From a virus, in IMG/VR virus record IMGVR_UViG_3300049830_000285, positions 1 to 64,000 of that record: a stretch of DNA of 64,000 nucleotides; one strand, written 5' to 3'. The position numbers were made by a program, and so were the translations under genes. Position 1 is the first letter of the stretch, and each line of letters starts with the position of its first letter. Under the pieces are notes generated by a model. It saw nothing but the letters and a program-made list of their open reading frames with translations. It was not told where the DNA came from and did not search any database. Shown piece by piece: positions 18,565 to 26,837 of the stretch.

Positions 18565-21033
18565 ATGAAGTTTTTAAGATTGAATGAATATCACCCGGTG
18601 CGAACAGCAGAGGTTATCGAAGCGCTAAGCGTTTATGACATATTGCATGAAATACGCAATGAAATCCGAGCTGCAAAGGCGAACGGGCGTGTTATTACGG
18701 CTTCAATGAACCTCTTTAGCTTAAAAATTGCAAAAACAATAGAAAGTCAATCGAGCACGACGACGCTTTTGTCAAACATGGCAGAAGAATTAGCACATAT
18801 TAAGGCGAAAAACCCAGACCCCGAAGGACAAAAACAAGCTATTTCCAGTTGGCTTTTTGGCCCACGTGGACATTGGACTTTTCTGTGGGAGTCGCTTTAT
18901 GAAAATTATTTACCGCGCTTAACTAAAGCTTTAGTGAGAGGATTCGGCGGCACACCTCCTGTTGATGAAGAGGCTGCCAACGATATTGCCATGAAAGCAA
19001 TTGGTGAGTTCATGGAGCAAAAAGATAGCGCCTCCGTGGTTTCAGCGTTAGCTCAATTTGATTCATCCAAAGGCTCTTTGATGACATGGCTTGAGGGTGG
19101 TATACGATGGACAACTCAGCGAATGGTTAGGAATCATCTTAAATTACAGAATAGCGAAACTAGCACAAATCAAAAAATTGGTGATAATGATGATACCGAA
19201 ATGGGAGAAATGCTTCCAGACAAGAGTGCCGAAGACCCATTTGATATTGTTGATTATACTGAAAAAACAGATAGGCTCATTTCAACATTTGCGCGTTACA
19301 GAAGAACACTGAAAGAGCAAATCGAGCACTCTGACAATCCAGCAGAAAAATTTAAGCTTCAGAATCTTTTGCAGCATATCAGCAATCCCGCAAATGATGT
19401 TTCTCAAAAAATCGCAACATTGAAAAACACAGCAACTGATATTGATATAATTAATGATGAATTAGCTGATACAAAAAGCGAAAAACAAAAATTATTTTCC
19501 ACTCTAAGTGGAAAAAACCCAGACGCTAATACACTTAATATGGCTAAAACATATATTGAGAAATTCAAACAGAAAATTATCAAGCTAAACACAGCGATGG
19601 AAAAGAAAGTTGAAGCTTTTAATGCAATTTATTCTGAATTAAATGACATGGCACAATATGATGCAGAAACTGGCGCAACTCGAATTGAACCAGAGATGCC
19701 TGCACCAGCGCCAATGCAACAAGAAGTTGCGCCTGGGGTAGAGGCTGAGCCAGGAGAAATGGCACCAGAACAATCTCCGATTGTAGATGAACCCATGATG
19801 CGAACCAAGGCGATTGGTAATCGTGTTATTTTAAGCCCTGCTGACCAAAAAATAATGGAAGATAGAATGCGGGCTTCTCGCGATAAATTGAGACCAGAAA
19901 TCTATCGGTCGGTGTCTTTTCCTGACAAGAAAAGAGATTTAAAACAACGTTCTAATAATTTATTTAATCTAAAAGAGGTTTCAGATAATATTACAACACA
20001 AGATGATTTAGACCACTTGATTCAAGGCGACTTTTCCAAAGCATCTGTGCAAGCAATATATTCTGACATTTTTGTGCGCGGCATGTTATATGTTAGAGAC
20101 CAGGCAGCAATGGATAAAGCTTATTCCCCTGAAATTATTTCCGACTCTGAAGAAATGCGAAGGGCTTTAAGTAAGTTTAGTGATTTTGTAATCAACGAGG
20201 TAAACAATAATCCAAATTTACAAGCAAAAGAAGCTGAATATAAATCTTTACCAGCTCAAGAACAAATTCAAGTTGCTTCAAGTTTGAACAATCTATCACC
20301 TGTGGGTTATGTATTACATAGTTTGAAAAAATTAGTTGACGATGACGAAATAAAAAAAGACGGAACAATAAAAACTCAAGCAGGAAAGGAAAACAAATTT
20401 AGAACATTGTATGAATATTTCGACCATGCGGCTCGTGCGTCTGCATATGGAGCTTATAAAGATGAAGCGCTTAAAGACGAAAATTGGGAAAAATTAACAG
20501 ACGAAGAAAAAGCTATACGAATCGAAGAATTTAAGAAAAGAGGATTTGATGATTTGACAGACGAAGAACGAGCACGAATTTCTAAAAAAGTTTATGAAGA
20601 CCAATATGGTGCTGGGCATCGAGGAATGTCTACAGGAAGATTACGAGATAAAAGTATAGAAACAAAGAAATTTGAACCAAGATATCCACAGAAACCGGAT
20701 ACCGATGGAAGTAGATATCAAGAAATTATGAATAGAGAGCTGTGGAGAATTGGGCGAGAGAAAGCAAGGGGAAATCCGATAAATGCGCCCAGATATCCTG
20801 ATGAACAACATCATCAATATCGAAACCCAGCTTGGGGCACGGATAGTTGGTATGAAATTTCTGACAATCCTGAGGATTTTAAGAATGCAAACAAGCCACA
20901 AAAAGGAGACACACTGGCTCAATCTGGTGTTATTGAATTTCTTCTTAGAATTGCAAATGAATTTGATAATCACGGTTTTTATCGAGAAGCCGAAATGACA
21001 AATAATGATATTAAGCGTTTAATTCATGGATAA
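18565..21033 (+). CDS. Large protein with sigma-70 region 2/3.2-like domain and C-terminal shared tag; probable virion-packaged protein
   Basis: LYENYLPRL..., FDSSKGSLMTWL...IRW, STNQKIGDNDDTEMGEMLPD; ends LLRIANEFDNHGFYREAE. Confidence 0.65.
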   Translation: MKFLRLNEYHPVRTAEVIEALSVYDILHEIRNEIRAAKANGRVITASMNLFSLKIAKTIESQSSTTTLLSNMAEELAHIKAKNPDPEGQKQAISSWLFGPRGHWTFLWESLYENYLPRLTKALVRGFGGTPPVDEEAANDIAMKAIGEFMEQKDSASVVSALAQFDSSKGSLMTWLEGGIRWTTQRMVRNHLKLQNSETSTNQKIGDNDDTEMGEMLPDKSAEDPFDIVDYTEKTDRLISTFARYRRTLKEQIEHSDNPAEKFKLQNLLQHISNPANDVSQKIATLKNTATDIDIINDELADTKSEKQKLFSTLSGKNPDANTLNMAKTYIEKFKQKIIKLNTAMEKKVEAFNAIYSELNDMAQYDAETGATRIEPEMPAPAPMQQEVAPGVEAEPGEMAPEQSPIVDEPMMRTKAIGNRVILSPADQKIMEDRMRASRDKLRPEIYRSVSFPDKKRDLKQRSNNLFNLKEVSDNITTQDDLDHLIQGDFSKASVQAIYSDIFVRGMLYVRDQAAMDKAYSPEIISDSEEMRRALSKFSDFVINEVNNNPNLQAKEAEYKSLPAQEQIQVASSLNNLSPVGYVLHSLKKLVDDDEIKKDGTIKTQAGKENKFRTLYEYFDHAARASAYGAYKDEALKDENWEKLTDEEKAIRIEEFKKRGFDDLTDEERARISKKVYEDQYGAGHRGMSTGRLRDKSIETKKFEPRYPQKPDTDGSRYQEIMNRELWRIGREKARGNPINAPRYPDEQHHQYRNPAWGTDSWYEISDNPEDFKNANKPQKGDTLAQSGVIEFLLRIANEFDNHGFYREAEMTNNDIKRLIHG

Positions 21034-21400
21034 GCAAGCTGAGTTTAGGGTTCGATTTGTCGCCAATAACATTGCTGACAGAACGAAGGGGTTAATGTTC
21101 GCATCTCCGTTGGATGATGATGAAGTGGCTTTATTTGTTTTTCCATACAGCGATAGATATGGATTTTGGAATAAAAATGTATCATTTCGGTTAAGTTTGG
21201 CTTTTCTAGATGAAAACCAAAAGATTGTAGATATTAAAGATTTAGAGGCACAATCTCACGCATTGGTATCTCCAGACCATGATGCAAAATATGTTGTTGA
21301 GGCACAAAGTGGTGCATTTGACAGACTAGGAATTAAAACTGGCGACTTTTTGGTGTTTGACGCAAGTCAAAATAAACTAAAAACAATAAAAAAAGCTTAA
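21026..21400 (+). CDS. DUF192 family protein
   Basis: RTKGLMF, FWNKNV.F.L.LAF.D and YVVE motifs. Confidence 0.85.
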   Translation: MDKQAEFRVRFVANNIADRTKGLMFASPLDDDEVALFVFPYSDRYGFWNKNVSFRLSLAFLDENQKIVDIKDLEAQSHALVSPDHDAKYVVEAQSGAFDRLGIKTGDFLVFDASQNKLKTIKKA

Positions 21401-21488
21401 TTTTTTGAAAAAGGCAGGAACCACTAACACTTTTTTCAAAAAATATTCTAACACATGCGCATTTGCGTATACGTGGGAGAATACAACA

Positions 21489-22520
21489 ATGGCAGAAAGA
21501 ATTTTTCCAACTCAGCCCCAAGAACAGCTTGGTAGCAAATTGGTTTTTAACGGTATCGACATTGATACATTGATGACCAAATTGGCTGAAACACAAGATG
21601 ACACCAAAAAAGACGGCTTGTCTCCTGAGCTTCGCGAACAGATTGCGGCAATGAAATTAAACATTGTTACTAGCGATAAGGATGATGATGACGTATGTCA
21701 GTCATGCGGTATTGCAGACGCCGTAGAAGGCGGCGATTTATGCAAGAATTGCAAAAAAGATACACGAGAAGCAAAGAAAGCTATTCCTGAAGCATTTAAA
21801 GCTCATATGTTCAAGTCTAAAGACGCGAAAGATGAAGAGGGCGATGAAAAAGAGGGCGATGAAGGAGAAAGCGATGTTGTTGAAGGCAAAAAAGCCGAAG
21901 CGCGACGACGACGAATTCGATTTACAGCAGCTTCTCAGCTTTCACCAGAAGCAGCAGCCGCTGCTAAAGAGCAAGGCGACGAAGAATTGTTTAATGCAAT
22001 TTTGGCTGCGCGAAGTGATGTTCGAGTTCGAGAAGCACAGCGCTTGATTTCCCTTAGCGAAGAAGCCTTGAAGCGAGAAGCATCAAGCGTCACCAAGAGA
22101 AGTGCCTACCGAATGTCAGTTGTTAAGAATGTTGAAGACACACGACGAGCTATTGCTAGCACAGATTCGAAAGAAAATAACTCTGATTTCAAGTCAGTAA
22201 AGTCTATGACTGATGATGAAAGAAACTATTTCCGACGCACAGCTTTGGCTAAAGGTCTCCCAGAAGAGTATGTAGATAACATGTTTGCTGTAGAAGATAA
22301 TTCTAGTGCAGATACTTCGATTGAAGCAAGTATTCGAGACATCATGGCATCCACATTGGCTGTTGATACCAAGAAGGCAGCAGTTGGCGGTTTGGTAAAG
22401 ACTGCTATGCTCGACAGTGAGAATATTGCTCGATTGAAGAAATACTGGAAAGACGACCTCGGTTATGGCGACGAAGCTTGGATTGATGACTTGTTCACCA
22501 CCAAGTATGACAAAAAATAA
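21489..22520 (+). CDS. Probable internal head protein
   Basis: GGGAG RBS before ATG 21489; CQSC..CKNC, acidic linker, helical C-terminus. Confidence 0.6.
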   Translation: MAERIFPTQPQEQLGSKLVFNGIDIDTLMTKLAETQDDTKKDGLSPELREQIAAMKLNIVTSDKDDDDVCQSCGIADAVEGGDLCKNCKKDTREAKKAIPEAFKAHMFKSKDAKDEEGDEKEGDEGESDVVEGKKAEARRRRIRFTAASQLSPEAAAAAKEQGDEELFNAILAARSDVRVREAQRLISLSEEALKREASSVTKRSAYRMSVVKNVEDTRRAIASTDSKENNSDFKSVKSMTDDERNYFRRTALAKGLPEEYVDNMFAVEDNSSADTSIEASIRDIMASTLAVDTKKAAVGGLVKTAMLDSENIARLKKYWKDDLGYGDEAWIDDLFTTKYDKK

Positions 22521-22574
22521 TCCAAAAGGTTGTATTCTCTGTGCCCTGGTAATTCCAGGGCACATAAGGACAAA

Positions 22575-22790
22575 ATGAAAGAAGGAATTGGAAGAGAAGA
22601 AACCCGAAATTTGGAGCCTTATATTAAAAGACTCGAAAAATTGTTGGCCCAGTCATCTGACCGTCAACATAAAATCGGCAATACAACCGGAAACAATGTC
22701 GCTGGAAATAACACGAAACATTTACCAAATTTTTCGACCAACAGCATTATTGATTCACAACTATGGAAAAAAGACAATAGCGGGAGCTAA
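22575..22790 (+). CDS. Small hypothetical protein
   Basis: AAGGA RBS after the hairpin TGTGCCCTGG/CCAGGGCACA (22540-22564). Confidence 0.45.
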   Translation: MKEGIGREETRNLEPYIKRLEKLLAQSSDRQHKIGNTTGNNVAGNNTKHLPNFSTNSIIDSQLWKKDNSGS

Positions 22791-22795
22791 ACACC

Positions 22796-23695
22796 ATGAG
22801 CAAATTTAGAAGAGTAGAAGAAACACAAGCCGTTCCACAATATATTGATGAACGATTTGCTGGCACAAGTAATGACGACCCATACAAAAAACTTCGTGAA
22901 GGTCGTCAGGATAGACAAATGAAGATTGCTTCTCAAGAAATGGGAAGCCGTAGAGTGGAATCTCCAAAGGTTAATGAATGGGAACATCGTGAGTCTCAAA
23001 GCGAGTATGTTCAACCGTCAATGATGAGAGAATTTGACGAACAGTTAACAAGATTTAGCGCGGCTGACGTAAATCCAAATTCAGTTCGACGTTTAGACAC
23101 TGGATATGACGCTGGATTAAATACACGTTCTGCTGGAAATCAATTATTTGTAACTGAAACCGACGCTATTGATTTGATTCGAAGAGGAGCCTCTATGTGG
23201 AACTCAGACTTTGATGATATTTCAAGAGTATGCAATGCATCTATGTCTGAAAATGATGATGTATTTCAAGACCAAGAGAAGCGACGAAGTGCGCGGCAGG
23301 CGAGTCATCAAAAATGGGAAAAGAAAGCTTCACGACGCGAAATGCTTGGCAGAACCAATGTTCTTGACCGCGCAGGCGCAGTTGTTAGAAACTCGTTCCG
23401 AAATGAATATGATACAGCAACTGGTTTTGGTATGCCAAATTATGATTCTGTTTTAGAACAGGAAAAAACTCGAATGCAGCAACAACAAGAATCGCGAGAA
23501 TCACGGCTTGAATTGAAGCGACGAGGATATAGCCCAGAAGAGCGACAAAGCACATGGGAAGAGCATGCAACGCGAGCCGTACATGCTTCAAGATTCCAAG
23601 ATGTAAAGCTTGATTGGGTTGACCGCTATGTTCAGAAATATGACGACGACGACAACAATCAGGTTGATTTATCACAAGAATTGAGACGACGTTAA
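22796..23695 (+). CDS. Hypothetical charged protein (head module)
   Basis: 299-aa ORF in a tightly packed operon. Confidence 0.65.
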   Translation: MSKFRRVEETQAVPQYIDERFAGTSNDDPYKKLREGRQDRQMKIASQEMGSRRVESPKVNEWEHRESQSEYVQPSMMREFDEQLTRFSAADVNPNSVRRLDTGYDAGLNTRSAGNQLFVTETDAIDLIRRGASMWNSDFDDISRVCNASMSENDDVFQDQEKRRSARQASHQKWEKKASRREMLGRTNVLDRAGAVVRNSFRNEYDTATGFGMPNYDSVLEQEKTRMQQQQESRESRLELKRRGYSPEERQSTWEEHATRAVHASRFQDVKLDWVDRYVQKYDDDDNNQVDLSQELRRR

Positions 23696-23704
23696 GGTGT
23701 AATA

Positions 23705-24748
23705 ATGGCGTACAATTTTGTCAAAGCACAAATGGTACCCGCTGCGCAAGAACCTATTGATGCCTCTAATCCCGCAAGTGGCATCAATAACATTCAAATG
23801 CAAGGTGGAGTGGACGCTGGAGGCGCTAATAGTGGCGCTCCTGGCGCTGAGGGTGGAGTGCCAGCAGCCGAAGCCAAAAGGTTGTTAAATCAAGTTGCTG
23901 CCGCTGGGCTGAAAGCACCAGAGTTTAAAGGTGTTGTTGAAGATTTATACAATCGCGTTACAGACCCAATTATTCAAGAGAAAGTTGGAAAGCTAATGCA
24001 GGCGCTTGAGAAAAATAACGACCCACGCTCACAAACAACAGACCCACAAACTGGGATTAAAGACCCGACTGCATCAGAAATGGCGCAACAATTAGTTATG
24101 GAGATTAACGAAATGGAAAAAAGAGATAGAGCCGAAGAAAGTGCAAAAGCTGCAAACAGCAAATATTTTAACCTTCGTGAATCTGCTGCCGCTAAGGGCA
24201 AAAAGAAGAAAAGAGATTCACGCGGTAATCCATTTAAAGTTTTGATGGGTAAGGTCGGTAAGCTTTTAGACCATGGTATTTCTAAAAAAGATATTGTCAG
24301 ATTTTTGCTCAAAGAAGGTCACTGGAATGAAGACACTGTTGAAAAAGCAGTTAATTTAGTTCGAGATTATAACAAAAAGAAACGTGGAGGCAGTGAAAGT
24401 AAAAAAGATGATACAGATAAGCAAGAAACTACTGCATCCATGCAGAAAGACAATACTGTGGCAAAAAACAGTTTTAATCTTAAGCGATATGCGCAAACTT
24501 CTTTAGAGTTAGACGGAATCTATGGTATTCAGCCAGAATGGTCTAAACGCTCTACTGCTGAGTTAATTATGCGTGCAGCTTGGTTGTTATCTTTACAAGA
24601 TTACGACGAAAATACGCGACAAGGTGATAGTAGAAAAGCAGCCAGCAAAAAGGGTGTAACAGCTCAATTGAAAGATATCAAAAAAGCTTTAACGGAACGC
24701 GGGTTTGATGGCGAAGAATTGTTCACAAACCTGAAAAGGAGAGTTTAA
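23705..24748 (+). CDS. Probable internal head protein
   Basis: 347 aa; NFVKAQ, FNLRESA and FNLKRYAQ motifs. Confidence 0.65.
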   Translation: MAYNFVKAQMVPAAQEPIDASNPASGINNIQMQGGVDAGGANSGAPGAEGGVPAAEAKRLLNQVAAAGLKAPEFKGVVEDLYNRVTDPIIQEKVGKLMQALEKNNDPRSQTTDPQTGIKDPTASEMAQQLVMEINEMEKRDRAEESAKAANSKYFNLRESAAAKGKKKKRDSRGNPFKVLMGKVGKLLDHGISKKDIVRFLLKEGHWNEDTVEKAVNLVRDYNKKKRGGSESKKDDTDKQETTASMQKDNTVAKNSFNLKRYAQTSLELDGIYGIQPEWSKRSTAELIMRAAWLLSLQDYDENTRQGDSRKAASKKGVTAQLKDIKKALTERGFDGEELFTNLKRRV

Positions 24749-24749
24749 T

Positions 24750-26264
24750 ATGGATAAGATGAAAGTAAAAACTATTTTGTCAGAAACGAAAGAAATGGAA
24801 ACAAAAGACAAAGAGCCAAAAGAAAAGGAAATACCAGAAGCTCCAAAGGAGAAAGAAACATCAGAGGCTCCAAAGGAGAAAAAGATGCCAGAAGCTCCAG
24901 CATTAATTGGCGGCGGCGGATTGTTAGAACTTATTCATGACACTATTGGTCGTATCACTGATATTCTTCAAGAAGCTAGTAGCGGGGCAAAAGCCCACGG
25001 CGAAAATGAAGATAAAGTAGAATTTGTTGATGATGCGCCAGAGGATACAAATATCAAAGCTCTTCCGTTTGCTGGTGAAAAATCTGACGCATGTGGCATG
25101 TTGGCTGAAGATGATTTAAAGAATATGGTTCCTGGCGACAATATTGTCACTGAAGAATCGCCAATCAATGAAATGAAGAATAAACCCTTTTCCATTGAGA
25201 TTTTAAATGATAATGATTTCGATAATGCAGACCCAGTGGTTAATAACTTCAAGAATGAAATGGGCGGCGTTGGTGGAATGATTAAGATTCTGAAAATTAG
25301 CGGGCCGAATTCTTTAGAAAAACTTGCCGTTATGTATGACAAGTTGAATCAGATTCGAATAGCTAATAGGGCAACCGAGCTACAAGAAGTATTTCAACAC
25401 GTAAATAATCTTGCTGCTGGTAAAGGTGCGAGACATCAGCTTATTGCAGTTCAGAAGCTTGAAAAATTAGCAAAAGATTCTTCAAAAGAAGAGCGTTTTG
25501 CTTTGCTGAAAGCAAAAGATGCCATTTTAGAAGGCACAGCTCAGCATCTTGATGCTGCTGGTTTTAGAATTCGAGGTGTTTTCTCACAATATGCGCCAGA
25601 AAAGATGGTAAGAACAGCTTACACTAATTTGGAAACACAATCTGGGGAACTTATTATGATGCCGCAAGGAAAACATCAACTTGGATATCCCACAACCCTT
25701 GAACTTTCAAAATTTAGAGACCATAGTGTAGATGCTAAAATTGACCCAAATACAGGCGAAGTTAAAAACGGCTATGTGGGATTTGAGCAACGACGAGACA
25801 ACATGGAAGCTGCCAGAAATCGTTTTGAAATTCATAGAAATCCAGTTAACGATGAGTCGCTTTTAACTTTAGCCAAAAATGAAAGAGCTAAGCCATTAAC
25901 TAAAAACGAGCGAAACTTCGAACAAAGACTTGATGAAGATGTTAAGGGAAGATATGACGAGAAATCATGGGAAAAAAGCAGAGAGCAAATGCTTGATGAC
26001 ACCCCTGAGGCAAAACTTGGACATCACGGTGAACCCAAAGAAGACGAAAGTATCGCAAGAACTTTATCTAAAACAGCGCAAAAGTACGATAAAATTGACC
26101 CTAAATCAGACGACACTCTTGGTGGACAAATTGCTAATAGTCACAAAGATATTAAAAAAGATATGACTCTTGAAGAAATGTTAGATGACGAAAGAGTTGG
26201 TTTAACTGACGAAGAATTAGATATGTTGCTTGAAGAATGGCTTGAAAAATCTCGGGAAGATTAA
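24750..26264 (+). CDS. Probable internal head protein
   Basis: 504 aa, acidic, with VRTAY and SKTAQ sites. Confidence 0.65.
   Translation: MDKMKVKTILSETKEMETKDKEPKEKEIPEAPKEKETSEAPKEKKMPEAPALIGGGGLLELIHDTIGRITDILQEASSGAKAHGENEDKVEFVDDAPEDTNIKALPFAGEKSDACGMLAEDDLKNMVPGDNIVTEESPINEMKNKPFSIEILNDNDFDNADPVVNNFKNEMGGVGGMIKILKISGPNSLEKLAVMYDKLNQIRIANRATELQEVFQHVNNLAAGKGARHQLIAVQKLEKLAKDSSKEERFALLKAKDAILEGTAQHLDAAGFRIRGVFSQYAPEKMVRTAYTNLETQSGELIMMPQGKHQLGYPTTLELSKFRDHSVDAKIDPNTGEVKNGYVGFEQRRDNMEAARNRFEIHRNPVNDESLLTLAKNERAKPLTKNERNFEQRLDEDVKGRYDEKSWEKSREQMLDDTPEAKLGHHGEPKEDESIARTLSKTAQKYDKIDPKSDDTLGGQIANSHKDIKKDMTLEEMLDDERVGLTDEELDMLLEEWLEKSRED
24816..24899 (+). repeat. 3 x 27-bp coding tandem repeat (PKEKExxEA)
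   Basis: PKEKEIPEA PKEKETSEA PKEKKMPEA P. Confidence 0.85.
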
Positions 26265-26269
26265 GAATT

Positions 26270-26800
26270 ATGTGGTATCGACAGGCTCAGGGTTTTGGTG
26301 GGGGAGTTTTAAGTCCCGTTGAAGTTGCTATTCAACGGGCTTTATCTCCCAATTCTGCATCATCCGTGACGCCAGATGCCTCAATTATTCCCGCACAAGA
26401 TGGCCAGGTTGAATCAACCGATAATCAAGAGCAATCACCCATGAATGAAAACCCAGATGCTTATGAGCAAAGGATTTGGGATACATTAGTAAATCGAACC
26501 GATGGTGCGCAGGCAGATGGTGTGAGTGTTGATGGTGGAAAAATAAGTGGCGATGGCGGGGCTGTTGAAGCAGGCGATGCCCGAAGATTATCACCTTTTC
26601 ATCAGAATCCAGAAGAAACCACAATGGAAGAGCAGTTAGAGTCTGTTCGTCAACAAAATGTCAACACTGACCCAACACAATCTATGTCTTCAACTGAAAA
26701 CAGTAGAGGTAACGAATTGGTTCGGGGTGAATTCCCACATGCATCTGGAAAAGGTTGGAATGGTTATGAAGATTTGCCCTCAGATAAAAGCTGGGCTTAA
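26270..26800 (+). CDS. Hypothetical protein with MWYxxAQ N-terminus
   Basis: Starts MWYRQAQ, remainder disordered; immediately upstream of the portal. Confidence 0.6.
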   Translation: MWYRQAQGFGGGVLSPVEVAIQRALSPNSASSVTPDASIIPAQDGQVESTDNQEQSPMNENPDAYEQRIWDTLVNRTDGAQADGVSVDGGKISGDGGAVEAGDARRLSPFHQNPEETTMEEQLESVRQQNVNTDPTQSMSSTENSRGNELVRGEFPHASGKGWNGYEDLPSDKSWA

Positions 26801-26837
26801 CTGTATAACTATAATACAACATTTCTTGGTGTAAATC

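Noticed and set aside
19040-19060. ALAQ inside the sigma-like domain as a protease site
   Set aside because: It lacks the basic or beta-branched P3 residue of the other sites and would split the folded domain. This shows that AQ alone is not diagnostic.
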